From positions 72,912,001 through 72,976,000 of the forward strand of contig NC_043002.1 in the NCBI RefSeq assembly GCF_006345805.1: a stretch of 64,000 bases of DNA, read 5' to 3'. The notes under the pieces were generated by a model, which searched no databases, was not told where the DNA came from, and saw nothing but the letters and a program-made list of their open reading frames with translations. The stretch comes from Octopus sinensis (Eukaryota). The first letter of the stretch is position 1, and each line of letters opens with the position of its first letter. Shown here in pieces: positions 12,560 through 24,962 of this stretch. Position numbers and translations under genes: made by a program.

Positions 12560-13048
12560 CCTAACAGACCTGGTAGAAACAGCAGCCAAATCTCCCTCAA
12601 ATCACACCTTACTGTCTTATGTATGTATATATGTATGTATGAGCCAATGAGGGGGACCTCTACATGGTAGCTAGACCTGGTAGAAATAGCAGCCAAATTT
12701 CCCCCAAATCACACCTTACTGTCTTATCTATGTATATATGTATGTATGAGCCTATGAGGGAGACCCCTACATGGCAGCTAGACCTGGTAGAAATAGCAGC
12801 CAAATTTCCCCCAAATCACACCTTACTGTCTTATCTATGTAATATGTATGTATGAGCCTATGAGGGAGACCCCTACATGGCAGCTAGACCTGGTAGAAAT
12901 AGCAGCCAAATTCCCCCAAATCACACCTTACTGTCTTATCTATGTATATATGTATGTATGAGCCTATGAGGGAGACCCCTACATGGCAGCTAGACATGGT
13001 AGAAATAGCAGCCAAATCTTCCTCAAATCACACCTTACTGTCTTATCT
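12560..13048. repeat. ~107-bp minisatellite, about 4.5 units
   Basis: ctacatggcagctagacctggtagaaatagcagccaaatttcccccaaatcacaccttactgtcttatc... repeated in tandem. Confidence 0.95.
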
Positions 13049-15090
13049 TTCTGCTACTTGGATATAGGTGTTATATTCGTTGTAAAAAAACTTTCCTGTC
13101 ACACACTCACGCACACGCACACACACACACACACACACGCACCCTCACACACACACACACGCGCACACCCACACACACCCACTCACACACACGCACGTTA
13201 GCTTACAATTTTATTTATATATTTGCGTGTCTGTGTGGAAAGAAGAAGTGGGAGGCAGAGTGAAAGAATCACTCACTACAGTAAGTGAATTAGTTTCATT
13301 TTATTCGTTGCCCACTGTGTGTGTGCGTTTGCGTGTGGTGTAAACCAGACTAAGAAAAGCATTTGGACACACACCAGAATGTGAGTTTTCTGTAAATTTT
13401 GCTTAACTGGAGTTTAAATTTTAAAAACTGGAGCTGGCATGACGCGATGCATTGTACTCTTAAAAATGCAAGGTAAATTGTAATTGAAGAAATCCTATAT
13501 TGTAGATTTGTATAACTCCCAAAGGGAGGCAGATAAAATCTGCCTTTTATAATAAGAGATACATACATATGTATATAGTGGTTGGTGTTAGGAAGGGTGT
13601 CCAGCTGTAGTAGCCATGCCACAACATATAACTGGAGCCTGGTGCAATTCTCTGGCCTGCCAACTCCTATCAAACTATCCAACCCATGTCAGCAAGGAAA
13701 GCAGATGTTAAATGATGACGATGATTAAATATATATATATTTTCCTTTTTTTTTTTCTTGCCTTTTGTTCATGAGAACAAGGATTCTACATACAGAATAA
13801 AGTACTCTTTACTCCAAGAAGTAGAGTGTGTTATAGTCTTCATTTTGGTAATTAGTGTGTGGGCTTAATTATTTTATGCTTCTTTTAATTGAACCTGTTT
13901 ACACGTTGTGAACGGGTTCAATTAAAAGAATCAAAACAGAATTAAATCTGTAAATTTCTCATATATGTATATATATATATACAAACATATATACATTATG
14001 TATATATATATATGTGTGTGTGTAAATATATACACACGCACATACTATATACACGTAAGGTACTCAGCAGGCAAATACAGCTCTAAAACATACGCGCACA
14101 CACACACACACACACACATATTTGTTTGTTTGATGAACATTTATTTTCCATACTTGGTGTGGGTTAGACTGGAAGATTTGAAGCAGAATTTTATAATCAG
14201 ATGCCCATCCTGTTGCCAACTTTCACCTGTTTTTTTTGCATGAAGGCTTATTTATTCCAGAGATTTTTTTAAGTGCAGATCGACCAGTCTTAAGGTCTGC
14301 AAGGAATGTCAATACCATTACTGTTCTTTTTTTTCAAGCATGGAATCACAATAATTATGGATGTGTGTGTACACACACACACACAGCCTAGAGGGCCTGT
14401 AACAAGCTTCAAAACATATGGCAATCATACATTTCAAAGTCAACATATGTAGAGAGAGTGCTTCTCCATGGAGTTGAAACTTGGACTACAAAGAAGGAAC
14501 TTGAAGAATGCTTTGATAGTAAATGCAGCAGATTTCTCGTGAAGCCTCAAAATATTTCATGGCATTAATATAAAACCAAGGAGGTGATATATAAGAATTG
14601 GTTGAGAGATAAAACACTCAAATAGTAACTTAAAGAGGAGAAACAAGAGAAGAGAACTCAACAGAACAATGACCAGGAAAGTACTTATAGAATAAGGATG
14701 AAACAGTATCTGAGAGATGAGTGAGAGGTTGAAATTTAGCTGCTGAAACAAGGGTAATAAAGTTGGAAACTGAAAGAAGGAAAGATTAGCAGAAGCTATT
14801 CTTCCTCTCCTTGAATTTCCGACTAGACACTATTTCATATAAGAGTGAAAAAGACACTTATAAAGATGAAGGGAAATATGATAATGAACTTCATACAGGG
14901 AACCAACCTTCATACTTATTTATTTAAGCTCTTTATTCCCTATGGAGTATAGGCCATAGACAGCTTTTCTACACTGTTCTTGAATCTGGACTGTCTTTTC
15001 AGTTTTCCCCTCCTAGGACTTTGGTTTTGAATTGCTGTTGATGCTTCTGTAACTTTGCTATTATCTAAGTAGGGACGTTGAGAAATCTCT

Positions 15091-15390
15091 AGTATCCTTA
15101 ATATCTCTTGGCAGTTGCACACAACTAACAAGACCTTATATGGGTATCTTCTAAAGATTTCAGCTGTCATGAGAAGGCATCATCTGGCTCTTGCTGGACA
15201 TGTAATGAGACACAGTGAAGCTGCTGCAAGAGTTCTGTTATGGTCGCCCCAAATGTCATTCATAGATGTAGTTGCCCAAATCTGATCTTGAAGAAGACAT
15301 TGAACTACATGGCAGTGTCTTGATGAACATGATGCAAGATCGCAATTCATGGAGGAACCTCATAGTGTCACCAGTTGGAGTTTGATGATT
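15091..15390 (+). pseudogene. RTE-clade LINE ORF C-terminal fragment
   Basis: ILNISWQLHTTNKTLYGYLLKISAVMRRHHLALAGHVMRHSEAAARVLLWSP resembles the RTE post-RT region. Confidence 0.75.
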
Positions 15391-15619
15391 TATAAAAAGA
15401 GATGTTGACCCTATGTAGACTCGTTTTTATCTCTGGGAAGATGTGGTTATATTAGTCTGGCTTCTGTCCTCTGATCTGTCAAGCATGGGTGGCCTTACCA
15501 AAAGCTTTCACTCTGCTGGTATATTCATTGCTGGACAAAATTTTAAGGCCAGTGAAAAAACTGCCAAAATATATTCAACTGTTTTTCATTATAGATTCAT
15601 AATTGACAAATAGATGGAA

Positions 15620-15976
15620 ATGGAAGCACTCCGTTGGTTACGACGATGAGGGTTCCGGTTGATCCGAATCAACGGAACAGCCTGCTCGTGAAATTAATGT
15701 GTAAGTGGCTGAGCACTCCACAGACACGTGCACCCTTAAGAGAGTGACAAGGCCGGCCCCTTGAAATACAGGTACAACAGAAACAGGAAGTAAGAGCGAG
15801 AGAAAGTTGTGGTGAAAGAGTACAGCAGGGATCACCACCATCCCCTGCCGGAGCCACGTGGAGCTTTTTAGGTGTTTTCGCTCAATAAACACTCACAACG
15901 CCCGGTCTGGGAATCGAAACCGCGATCCTATGACCGCGAGTCCGCTGCCCTAACCACTGGGCCATTGCACCTCCAC
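15620..15976 (-). mobile_element. OR-type SINE, head A with tail a
   Basis: Matches 56108-56493; tgacaaataga is duplicated on both flanks. Confidence 0.9.
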
Positions 15977-16139
15977 ACTGACAAATAGAACAGGATATAC
16001 GAAAACCTAAAGAAATGTTTAACAGTTAATGCTGAATATATGCATTGTTTGAAAACAAACAATATTTTGCCTGATCAAAAATTTAAGACCATGACAAATA
16101 AAAAGTTTAAATACAAAGTTTATATAAACTATAAAAATT

Positions 16140-17105
16140 GTGGCATTTAAGTTCAAGCTTTCAATGTGTCAACAAGTGCCAGTCACTCCCTGTCTATTTC
16201 ACAACAATTGGGAAAGCTAAAATGTTGACGGATTTTGAATGTGGTAGAATTGTAAAGCTTTTGATACAAGATCTTTCTCAACCTGCCATCTCCAGTGATA
16301 TTGGTCACAGTAAAACTGCCATTGCAAACTTCTTAAAAGACTTTGAAGTATATGGATTGAAAAAATCGTCTGGCCAGCTAAAGAAAATTTCACAAGCATT
16401 GAGCAGAAGGATTCGATGGGAAGTTAGGAAAGACATTAGTCCATCATCAAACCAGCTTAACCCTTTCGTTACCAACCCGGCTGAAACCAGCTCTGGCTCT
16501 GAGTACAAAAGTCTTGTTTTCATAAGTTTTGAATTAAAATCTTCCACCAAACTGTAGTTACAATTTATGTTCCTAACACTAGCTTAATGATAACTAAGTT
16601 ATTTTACTAAATTCTTTGTTATATTTAAAGTAATTGAAAGAAATACAGAGCATCTCAAAATAAATACAGTAATGAAAGGGTTAAGGCACTCACAGATTAA
16701 GAATACAGCTCAAGGACAATAAGTTGACATTTGAGAGAGAGGCTTTAAAAATCTTAAATGTTTCCAGAGACCCTATCTTCTTCCGTGCCACAAAACTACT
16801 TGTTTAGAATTTACCCAGAATCACCAGAGTTGAGACATTCACAAATGGGAGAAGGTTTTATTCTAAGATGATAGAAAATTCGATTTTGATGGTCCTGATG
16901 GTTTCCAACAATATTGGCATGCGAAAGAAATTCCATAAGAGACTTTTTCAACGAGACACAGTGGTGGAAGCTCTACTATAGTGTGGAGTGTTTCCTCATA
17001 CAGAGGAACTATGGAACTTCAGGTTGCTAAGGGGCATTAAACAGCAGCTGGCTATGTTGGCATATTGGAGTGGGCTTCACTCTTGAAGGCTCTTGTTTGT
17101 GTGGA
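16140..17105 (+). pseudogene. Decayed Tc1/Tc3-like transposase interrupted by a MITE
   Basis: LTDFECGRIV...SKTAIANFLKD...GQLKKISQ helix-turn-helix region, then WEKVLF*DDRKFDFDGPDGFQQYW and ETFSTRHSGGSSTIVW. Confidence 0.85.
16461..16680. mobile_element. TTAA-targeting (piggyBac-type) MITE
   Basis: TTAA at 16457-16460 and 16681-16684; TIRs ccctttcgttac / gtaatgaaaggg. Confidence 0.85.
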
Positions 17106-17599
17106 GAAGTCTTGGTGCAAGCATGGCATCACCCTGTCCAGGAATTGAAACCACAATCTTATGCTCATGAGTCCAGCACCCTAATCACTAAACCATGCAC
17201 CTCCATGCTGGTATATCACTCAGGGTCATTGAGATATATACAAGCCACAACACCATAACAAGGAATGAGCCTTGTGGTGGAACTAACCTTTATAGTGGCT
17301 TGCTTAACATTCCAAGTAAGGTCTTTTGACAAGAGTTACACCTAAAAGATGAAGACTAGAAGACTCAGGAAGAACACTATCCGACATAGAATTATCTTCA
17401 AAATTCTTGTAATGATTAAGGGAAAGAATTTTAGTTTTGAACAGAATTGATAGTAATCAACCAGTGAGCACTTCAATCAGTCAGTGAATGCAAAAAAAAA
17501 CTGGATGCCTTTCCTGCAGCTTACCCTGTTATTATATACACATACATATATAAAAGAAAAAGTGTTGATGTTTCATTTGTTTCAAGTTTGTGCTTATAA

Positions 17600-18153
17600 T
17601 CATCATCATCATCATCATCGTTTAATGTCCGTTCTCCATGCTAGCATGGGTTGGACGGTTCGACTGGGGATCTGGGAAGCCAGAAGGCTGCACCAGGCTC
17701 CGGTCTTATCTGGCAATGTTTCTACAGCTGGATGCCCCTCCTAACGCCAACCACTCCGTAAGTGTAGTGGGTGCTTTTTATGTGCCACCTGCACTGGTGC
17801 CAGGCGAGGCTGGCATCGGCCACGGTTGGATTGGTGCATTTTAAGTGCCACCTGCACGGAAGCCAGTCGAGGTGGCACTGACTTCGGCCACAATTCGGAT
17901 GGTGCTTTTTACGTGCCACTGACACGGAAGCCAGTTGAGGCGGCGCTGGCATTGGCCACGATTCAGATAGTGCTTTTTACGTATCTCCAGTCCAGGGGTC
18001 CTGGCATCTGCCGGGTGCCAGTCATAGGATTGGTTCAATTTCGATTCCAATTTCGATTTCACTTGCCCCAACAGGTCTTCGTTGGCATAGGTGCCTGTCG
18101 TCGGATGAGGTTCGATATCGACTTCGCTTGCCTCAACAGGTCTTTGTGTGTCC
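17600..18153 (-). mobile_element. RTE 3'UTR-type repeat with internal ~55-bp tandem units
   Basis: (CAT)n tail; repeated ggtgcttttta(c/t)gtgccac modules. Confidence 0.8.
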
Positions 18154-18676
18154 GTCTAATAAAATGTGTGTGTGTACATATATGAGCTAGTAGAATTATT
18201 CAACATTGTCCAGGCTGTAAAGTAGCTATAAATTGTTCTTAATGAAAGCTTATTTAGTCTAATAAAATATTATTGGATTTCTCTCAGAAACTTACCTTTC
18301 ATGTAAGACACAAAATTGTTCTCCAATACTTTTGTAGCAGTCTGATGTCTAATGCACCTTATTACAGAAATGGTAGTATATTTAGTAATTTAATTGTGTA
18401 AATGACACACACACACACATACACATATAATTCAGGCTAATTAAGTAAGAACGCAGGAATAAGTAAATGTGAAAGCAGTTTTATTTCATTTGAAACTGTT
18501 ATTGAAGTTAATGCATTCTCTTTTATTCTTGATAGTGTACTGACTGATGAGACACATGTTAAAACAGTGTCCCAGAATCGCTTGTGTGTGTCACGAACAC
18601 ATTGTCATCATAAAAAGTCGTTCTGTGACATACACAACAGCAACTAGCATATTTTGCATTTGAATCTGCTGGAACA

Positions 18677-18893
18677 TATTGGTTTCAAATTTTGGCACAA
18701 GGCCAGCAATTTCGGGGGATGTAGCTAGTTGATTACATTAACCTCAGTGCTCAACTGGTACTTATTTTATCAACCCTGAAAGGATGAAAGACAATGTTGA
18801 CTTCAATGCAATTCGAACTTGGAACTTAAAGACGGATGAAATGCTGTGAAGCATTTCACCTGGCATGCTAATGATTCTGCTAGCTTGCCACCT
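18677..18893 (-). mobile_element. Nin-like SINE
   Basis: Family match to 43768-43985. Confidence 0.75.
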
Positions 18894-19456
18894 TAATCTG
18901 CTGTAATGTATGAAGAATAAATATGTAAATCATTGTACACAGTGCAAATAAAGGTTTTTTTTATCAGTTGGCAGTTATAAACACTGATCAGCAAATGTTT
19001 TGAATCACTGAAATTAAAAACAAAGCCTGTGGGTTGTTTTGGCTTAAAAGTTTGGATACATCTGGCTGACATGACACAATATGCCAAAACACCAGTGTTC
19101 CTGAATCCCTTGTGCCAGTAAGCCAAGTGTGTTATGAATGTACTGTTGTTGTAGAAAGAAGCTGTTCTCCTGTAACATATGCAACAGCAACTAGTATATT
19201 TGCATTTATATCTGCTAGACTATATTAAGAAAAAATATGCAAATCTTTTATTGAATGCTTTCTAGCAATGATATCTTGTTTTATTTATTTATTTTGCATC
19301 ATATCGTATAATCTAATACCATGTTAACCAATATAGTCTGAGATCTCAGATATCATTTTTAATACAGTATGATGTAATTTAAGGTAACTTTAACTGCTAT
19401 TTCTAGCAAGAGAAGCAGCATGTACATGCTTCTCTAATGGCTCGTGGTCATATGCA

Positions 19457-19679
19457 TACTCTTTTACTCTTTTACTTGTTTCAATCATTTGACTGTGGCC
19501 ATGCTGGAGCACCACCTTTAGTCGAGCAAATCGACCTCAGGACTTATTCTTTGTAAGCCGAGTACTTATCCTATCGGTCTCTTTTGCCAAACCGCTAAGT
19601 TACGGGGACGTAAACACACCAGCATCAGTTGTCAAGCTATGTTGGGGGGACAAACACAGGCACACAAACATATACACAC

Positions 19680-19729
<50 letters not shown>

Positions 19730-19863
19730 GATGGGCTTCTTTCAGTTTCTGTCGACCAAATCCACTCACAAGGCTTTGGTCAGCCTGAGGCTATAGTAAA
19801 AGACACTTGGCCAAGGTGCCACGCAGTGGGACTGAACCCAGAACCATGTGGTTGGTAAGCAAG
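19457..19863 (-). mobile_element. CORE-like microsatellite SINE
   Basis: Family match; tactcttttactctttta tail. Confidence 0.85.
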
Positions 19864-20387
19864 ACCCTAGTAATGTAATATTCCTTGAGATTTCCATAGA
19901 AAATACATGTGTGTGTGTGTGTGGTGTGTGTGTGTGTGCAAGACAAAGACAGAGAGATGGTCTGTGGGTCCCTTTGAACATCTATTTTATGAGTATCCCA
20001 GTTGTTGAATCTGTTGCAGATTGTTGTTTATGTGGAACTTTTACACTAATAACTCTGTTTTTTTTTTATCTCTTTGATGCATACACACAAAATTACACAC
20101 ACTCACATACACACATATTCTTGCACTATCTCACAATCATATAGATACACACACACACACACACCTTTTCTTTATCCCTTTTTTCCGTATCATGTTCTCT
20201 TTTATTCATTTTTGTTTTTTTTGTATGTAGGTTTATGTTTTGTAAGCTTTATTTTATTATATTTTATTTATTTATATCCTGACTTCTCAGATTTCTGAAA
20301 ACCTCCCTGTTTTTACTTTCATCTTAGATATTATTGTCAATAACAACAGCTTCATAAAATCCGTTAAGTTGTTTATTTAGTAATTCT

Positions 20388-20418
<31 letters not shown>

Positions 20419-20688
20419 TACACACACATGTGCATGCGTGCACACACATACGTGCATGCGTGCACACATACACACACGTGCATGCATGCACACACATATA
20501 CTCTTGCACTTGCAAGATTTGGGTATGTCCAAGAACAGAGTGCACTGCCTGGTCTAGGAATCGAACCCCCAACCTTACATTTGTGAGTTCAACAGCTTAA
20601 CCACTTGGCCATACAACTTTCCACTACCCAAGTACCTGTGCAAATGATACACCAACATACTTTCAGCATATCTGTTGGATAATCTGAA

Positions 20689-21348
20689 TTAACCCTTTTT
20701 GTTGCTATATTTCTATTGGAATACACTGCCCTTGTTTCATTTAATTTTGAAAATAATGAAGACCTTAATAAAATAACTTTGTCATTATTAAGCTGGTGTT
20801 TGGAACTTAAATCAACATGACATAGGTGTAGGAGTGGCTGTGTGGTAAGTAGCTTGCTTATGAACCACATGGTTCCGGGTTCAGTCCCACCGCGTGGCAC
20901 CTTGGGCAAGTGTCTTCTACTATAGCTTCGGGCCGACCAAAGTCTTGTGAGTGGATTTGGTAGATGGAAACTGAAAGAAGCCCATCGTATATGTGTATAT
21001 ATATATATATATGTATGTATGTGTGTGTGTGTGTGTGTGTGTGTTTGTGTGTCTGTGTTTGTCCCCCCAACATCGCTTGACAACCGATGATGGTGTGTTT
21101 ACGTCCCTGTAACTTAGCGGTCCGGCAAAAGAGACCGATAGAATAAGTATTAGGCTTACAAAGAATAAGTCCTGGGGTCAATTTGCTCGACTAATGGCGG
21201 TGCTCTGGCATAGCCACAGTCAAATGACTGAAACAAGTAAAAGAGTATGACAATTAAATGGATGGTTTTAATTTAAACCACTTTAAACGGGAAGTTTGTA
21301 TTATAGAACCAATAGTAATCTCAGGCAGGTTGGTACCAAACGGGTTAA
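20689..21348. mobile_element. TTAA MITE interrupted by a CORE-like SINE (20823-21246, +)
   Basis: ttaacccttttt...ggtaccaaacgggttaa termini; body is the reverse orientation of 16461-16680. Confidence 0.7.
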
Positions 21349-21598
21349 ATATGGAGAGAGAAACATTTAATTTCAGCAGAATTGGTATTTCATTAATCTT
21401 GTTGCTTCCTTTAGCCATAAACACTAAGCTGTCAGTAGTTCAACCCGTAAAATCTATTAATGTCACTTAGTGAGCAGATATTGTCTATTATGCTGTATGA
21501 TTTGATTTTGTTATATAATCTTTTTGTACCTTTATATATATATTTTTTTTTCATTTGCTGATTAAAAGATCCTAATTTAGTATCAATTTTTTTTCCAG

Positions 21599-21640
21599 TG
21601 TTTCTGTTTTGAAGAACAACGATTGAATCCTCATGAGCAG
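21599..21640 (+). CDS. COX11: Internal 42-nt exon of cytochrome c oxidase copper chaperone COX11 (CFCFEEQRLNPHEQ)
   Basis: Acceptor ttttttttccAG ends at 21598 and donor GTcagt starts at 21641. The 14 codons match the conserved COX11 segment KIQ-CFCFEEQRLNPxEx-VDMPVFF. Flanking exons were not found in the window. Confidence 0.9.
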
Positions 21641-22668
21641 GTCAGTTTTTTATATTTTAAAAAAAGATATTTTTATTAAATTAAAGCAACCATTTGCAGA
21701 ATTTATTTCCCTAGTTCTCACCATTTTTTTTTCTTATGAAAACTTTCAAACATTATTGCTTATTATATTGGGTTAGATACTAATATATATTTAATAGCCT
21801 CCCTCATATAATATTTGACCTGGAATAACAAAGATCTTAGTTCGTTTATAATTATCTCTGTTATGTTGCCAAAAATAATGTCTGTGGATTTTTGTACCAC
21901 ATCCTGGCAAAAGCATCTATTAATTTTCTTGTACTAAATGTACATAAAGATAATATAGAATATAGAGATTATTACATGAGTGTGTGGTATCAATCATTTC
22001 AATCAACATGGTATTGATTCAAGTTCCTGTGTACTATACTCAGGATTGATCCAAATATTTCTTATTTATTGACTTCTGTATACAGGTAGATACATGTTCA
22101 TATTATCCTTAGTCAGTATTCCACCATCGTCATCAAACTATCATCTTCAACTAGTCAACCTATAATTGCTATCAGTAGAGAAGAAATGCATATATTTTTA
22201 AAACACACATTTTGACCTATGAAAGTATTAATATTTTAGCTTTTTTTTTTTTTATAAGCAAACCCTTTCCAGTTCTCATTAATCTTTTCTATATTTGGCT
22301 GTGTATATGTGGGTTTTTCTTTTTAACTAATTAGCTCTGTGGAATTAGAATTAGGCCTCAATTATCAGAATGAGATGTGCAGGGCGTATTGTTTGAATAA
22401 CTGATTGTTTGGATAACTGCTCTGACTGTAAACAAAGGAAGTTATATTGAACATAATTATATTAAAAAGAAAATGTTTACAGTGTTTGTGTGTCATCAAG
22501 CCAGACTGTCGATGGTTTGATGTCATTCCAAGAATCAGTGGCCACAAACAAAGCATCCTTGACTGTAAATAAATTTCATATTGTAACAACCTTTTGTCTG
22601 TATTGTCTTCACCAATGACACCACAAAACATGTGACAATAGCAATATATTTTTTTTTTTGATGTGATG

Positions 22669-22708
22669 GTTTCCTGAAGAAGCAGATGTAGCTGCTTGAA
22701 AGTAGGGT
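22669..22708 (+). ncRNA. Candidate degenerate hammerhead motif
   Basis: tttc-CTGAAGA-agcag atgtag ctgct-t-GAAA-g-T-A-ggg; stem III shortened. Confidence 0.4.
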
Positions 22709-23097
22709 TTGATATAAACCCTTCAACATGTCAGCTATTTTTGTTTGTTAAAATTATTTCAACACTATTTAAAGTGATAAACAGATATCAGACTAGCAGA
22801 CTGACAAATACATGATATTATTGATTACTACAAAAGAAAGGATAAGATCTTTGACCCTATATTGGTAATGTTTGGTTAACATGTTTATGTATCCTTTAAT
22901 CAGTAGCACAACAGAGGTGAGAGTTGGGGGCAGTTCACCCTGAGTGATGTTTTTATGGAGGGATAATTTTGAGTCTGCTTTAGATTCCTGTATAGAAGAC
23001 GAGAGGTGGGGGTATGGAGGTGTGTTGCAAACTCAAGGGCTACTCCAAGCGGCAAACACTCTAGCTGTACCACTGTCTTCATTAGTTTGAAGCTACA

Positions 23098-23325
23098 TTA
23101 AGCCCTTTTGATACCAACTCACCTGAGATTGCCCTTGGTCTTGACACAAACTTCCTGTTTTAATATGCTCTAAATTACAGCCATCCATCAATATTTTGTG
23201 CTAATTTATATATTCAATTACCAGCTTAATAATGATGTAATTGTTTTACTAAGTTCATTAATTACAAATTTAACTAAAACAAAGGCCATGTATTTCAACA
23301 GAAATATAGTAAACAAAAGGGTTAA
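23098..23325. mobile_element. Old TTAA MITE copy
   Basis: cccttttgatacc...gtaaacaaaagggttaa; body similar to 16461-16680. Confidence 0.65.
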
Positions 23326-24447
23326 TCATAGTAAACAAAAGATAATAATATAATTAGTATTATTCAGGTTGGCTAAATAGTATGACTAAAGAAATATTCA
23401 CAGAACCTTGAGACCTTGTTTGGATAATCCAGAATTTGGGTAATTAATATTAATCAAGGTTTGACAGTAATGATAAGGTGCAAAGGTATTTGACTAAAGA
23501 ATTGTTGTAGGCATGTGCCAAGGTGTAACATTCGAATCGTTCCCCTGCCCTTACTCTGTTTTAAAGCCAATAGTGAGTTTTGGCTGCTATATTGATTTGG
23601 GTTAGTATTTAAGCAGAAGTTTTACTCATTGGTTCATCAAATGTTTAATTGATACCATCGTTTTATGCTTATGAAATAATTTATGTTGAAAAATTATGGC
23701 TGCAAGATTTTCAACACCTTCATCAGAAGCATCAGTGTCCCATTTCAGTAACAAATCAAAGCTCTTTATTTTTTGTCCACTCCACCCTGCCAATTTAATA
23801 ATTCAAGGCTCTGTTATTTAACTATTTTACTATCTATGTATTATGTACTGTTGACTAGCAGCCTGACAGCATCGATAGGTTGAATACCAGCAAAGTAAAA
23901 AACAAACTGTATTGTACTGATGCATCATCATCATCATCATCATTAATTCATTGATTGTTTCTTCCTGAAAATCATATACTGTACCGACATAGTTACGACT
24001 ACCAAGTGTTCTAGTTAATGACTATCTACATTTAAAATGAAGATCAATAGTCCTGAGTTACTGTTTAGTTCTGATTTAGTAGTCTAACATCTGTTCTAGT
24101 GTGAAATGAAATGTTTCAACAGAAACAAAAGTGTAATGCTAGTATCAGAGTTGAGGCTGGTAGATATAAAATAAGTAAAATATTGGCATTACTATTTGCA
24201 TAAAATAAATATAAATATCAGAATACAGGTTTTTTTAAAAATAATTTTTAGTATTCCATTGTGTTTTTATTTTGAGATGCTCATAATAAAGACGGCAATA
24301 AAGCTTCATTGTAGGACACTTGATAACATTTGCATACCGTATTGTGTTATTGAACAAAAATATGAAATAGGATAATTATATAGTAGTACTAATTATTTAT
24401 TTTTACTTGTATAAAAGGAGTGCAGGCACGACTGTGTGGTTAAGAAG

Positions 24448-24670
24448 TTGGCAGAAATGTTAGCACGCCGGGCGAAATGCTTAGCAGTATTTCGTCTGCT
24501 GCTACGTTCTGAGTTCAAATTCCGCTGAGGTCGACTTTGCCTTTCATCCTTTTGGGTCAATTAAATAAGTACCAGTTACGCACTGGGGTCGATGTAATCG
24601 ACTTAATCCGTTTGTCTGTCCTTGTTTGTCTCCTCTATGTTTAGCCCCTTGTGGGCAGTAAAGAAATAAG
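24448..24670 (+). mobile_element. Nin-like SINE inserted into a CORE-like SINE
   Basis: tggcagaaatgttagcacgccgggcgaaatgc...gcctttcatccttttgggtc. Confidence 0.8.
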
Positions 24671-24926
24671 AAGTTGGTTTCACACCTAGGTGGTTTTGTG
24701 CTTTCAGTTTCATTGTGTGGCATCTCAGGCAATTGTTTTCTACTGTAGCCCTGTGCTGACCAAGGTCCTGGGAGGCTTTTCTTTTTCCTTCATTGATAGA
24801 AACTGAAAGAAGCCCATTGTATATATGTTTGATGAAGGCAATAAAATGCAAAAAGAAAGAAAACATGAGAGGAACAAGTTTTAGCAGATATTGTATTAGT
24901 TTAATGGTTAAAATGAAGGAAATGAG

Positions 24927-24962
24927 TCTTGATGCTTTGAACACTAGTCCTTTATCAGAAGA
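24927..24962 (-). ncRNA. Degenerate hammerhead motif in a PLE end
   Basis: Minus strand tctt-CTGATaA-a-ggac tagt gttc-aAAg-ca-T-C-aaga; same family as 46064-46100. Confidence 0.45.

Larger units (their letters stand above)
11393..13559 (-). mobile_element. Composite non-autonomous Helitron (unit B) carrying captured DNA
   Basis: Minus strand A|TC at 13559 and CTAG|T at 11393 with subterminal GC hairpin cccgagcaatgccgggcg; second internal Helitron 5' end at 11787; near-identical copy at 30227-32392. Confidence 0.8.

Noticed and set aside
18544-18575. CTGATGA plus gacac/gtgtc stem as a hammerhead
   Set aside because: No GAAA or stem III follows; at best a truncated remnant.
23700-23732. Minus-strand CTGATGA...GAAA
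   Set aside because: No convincing stem II; likely chance.
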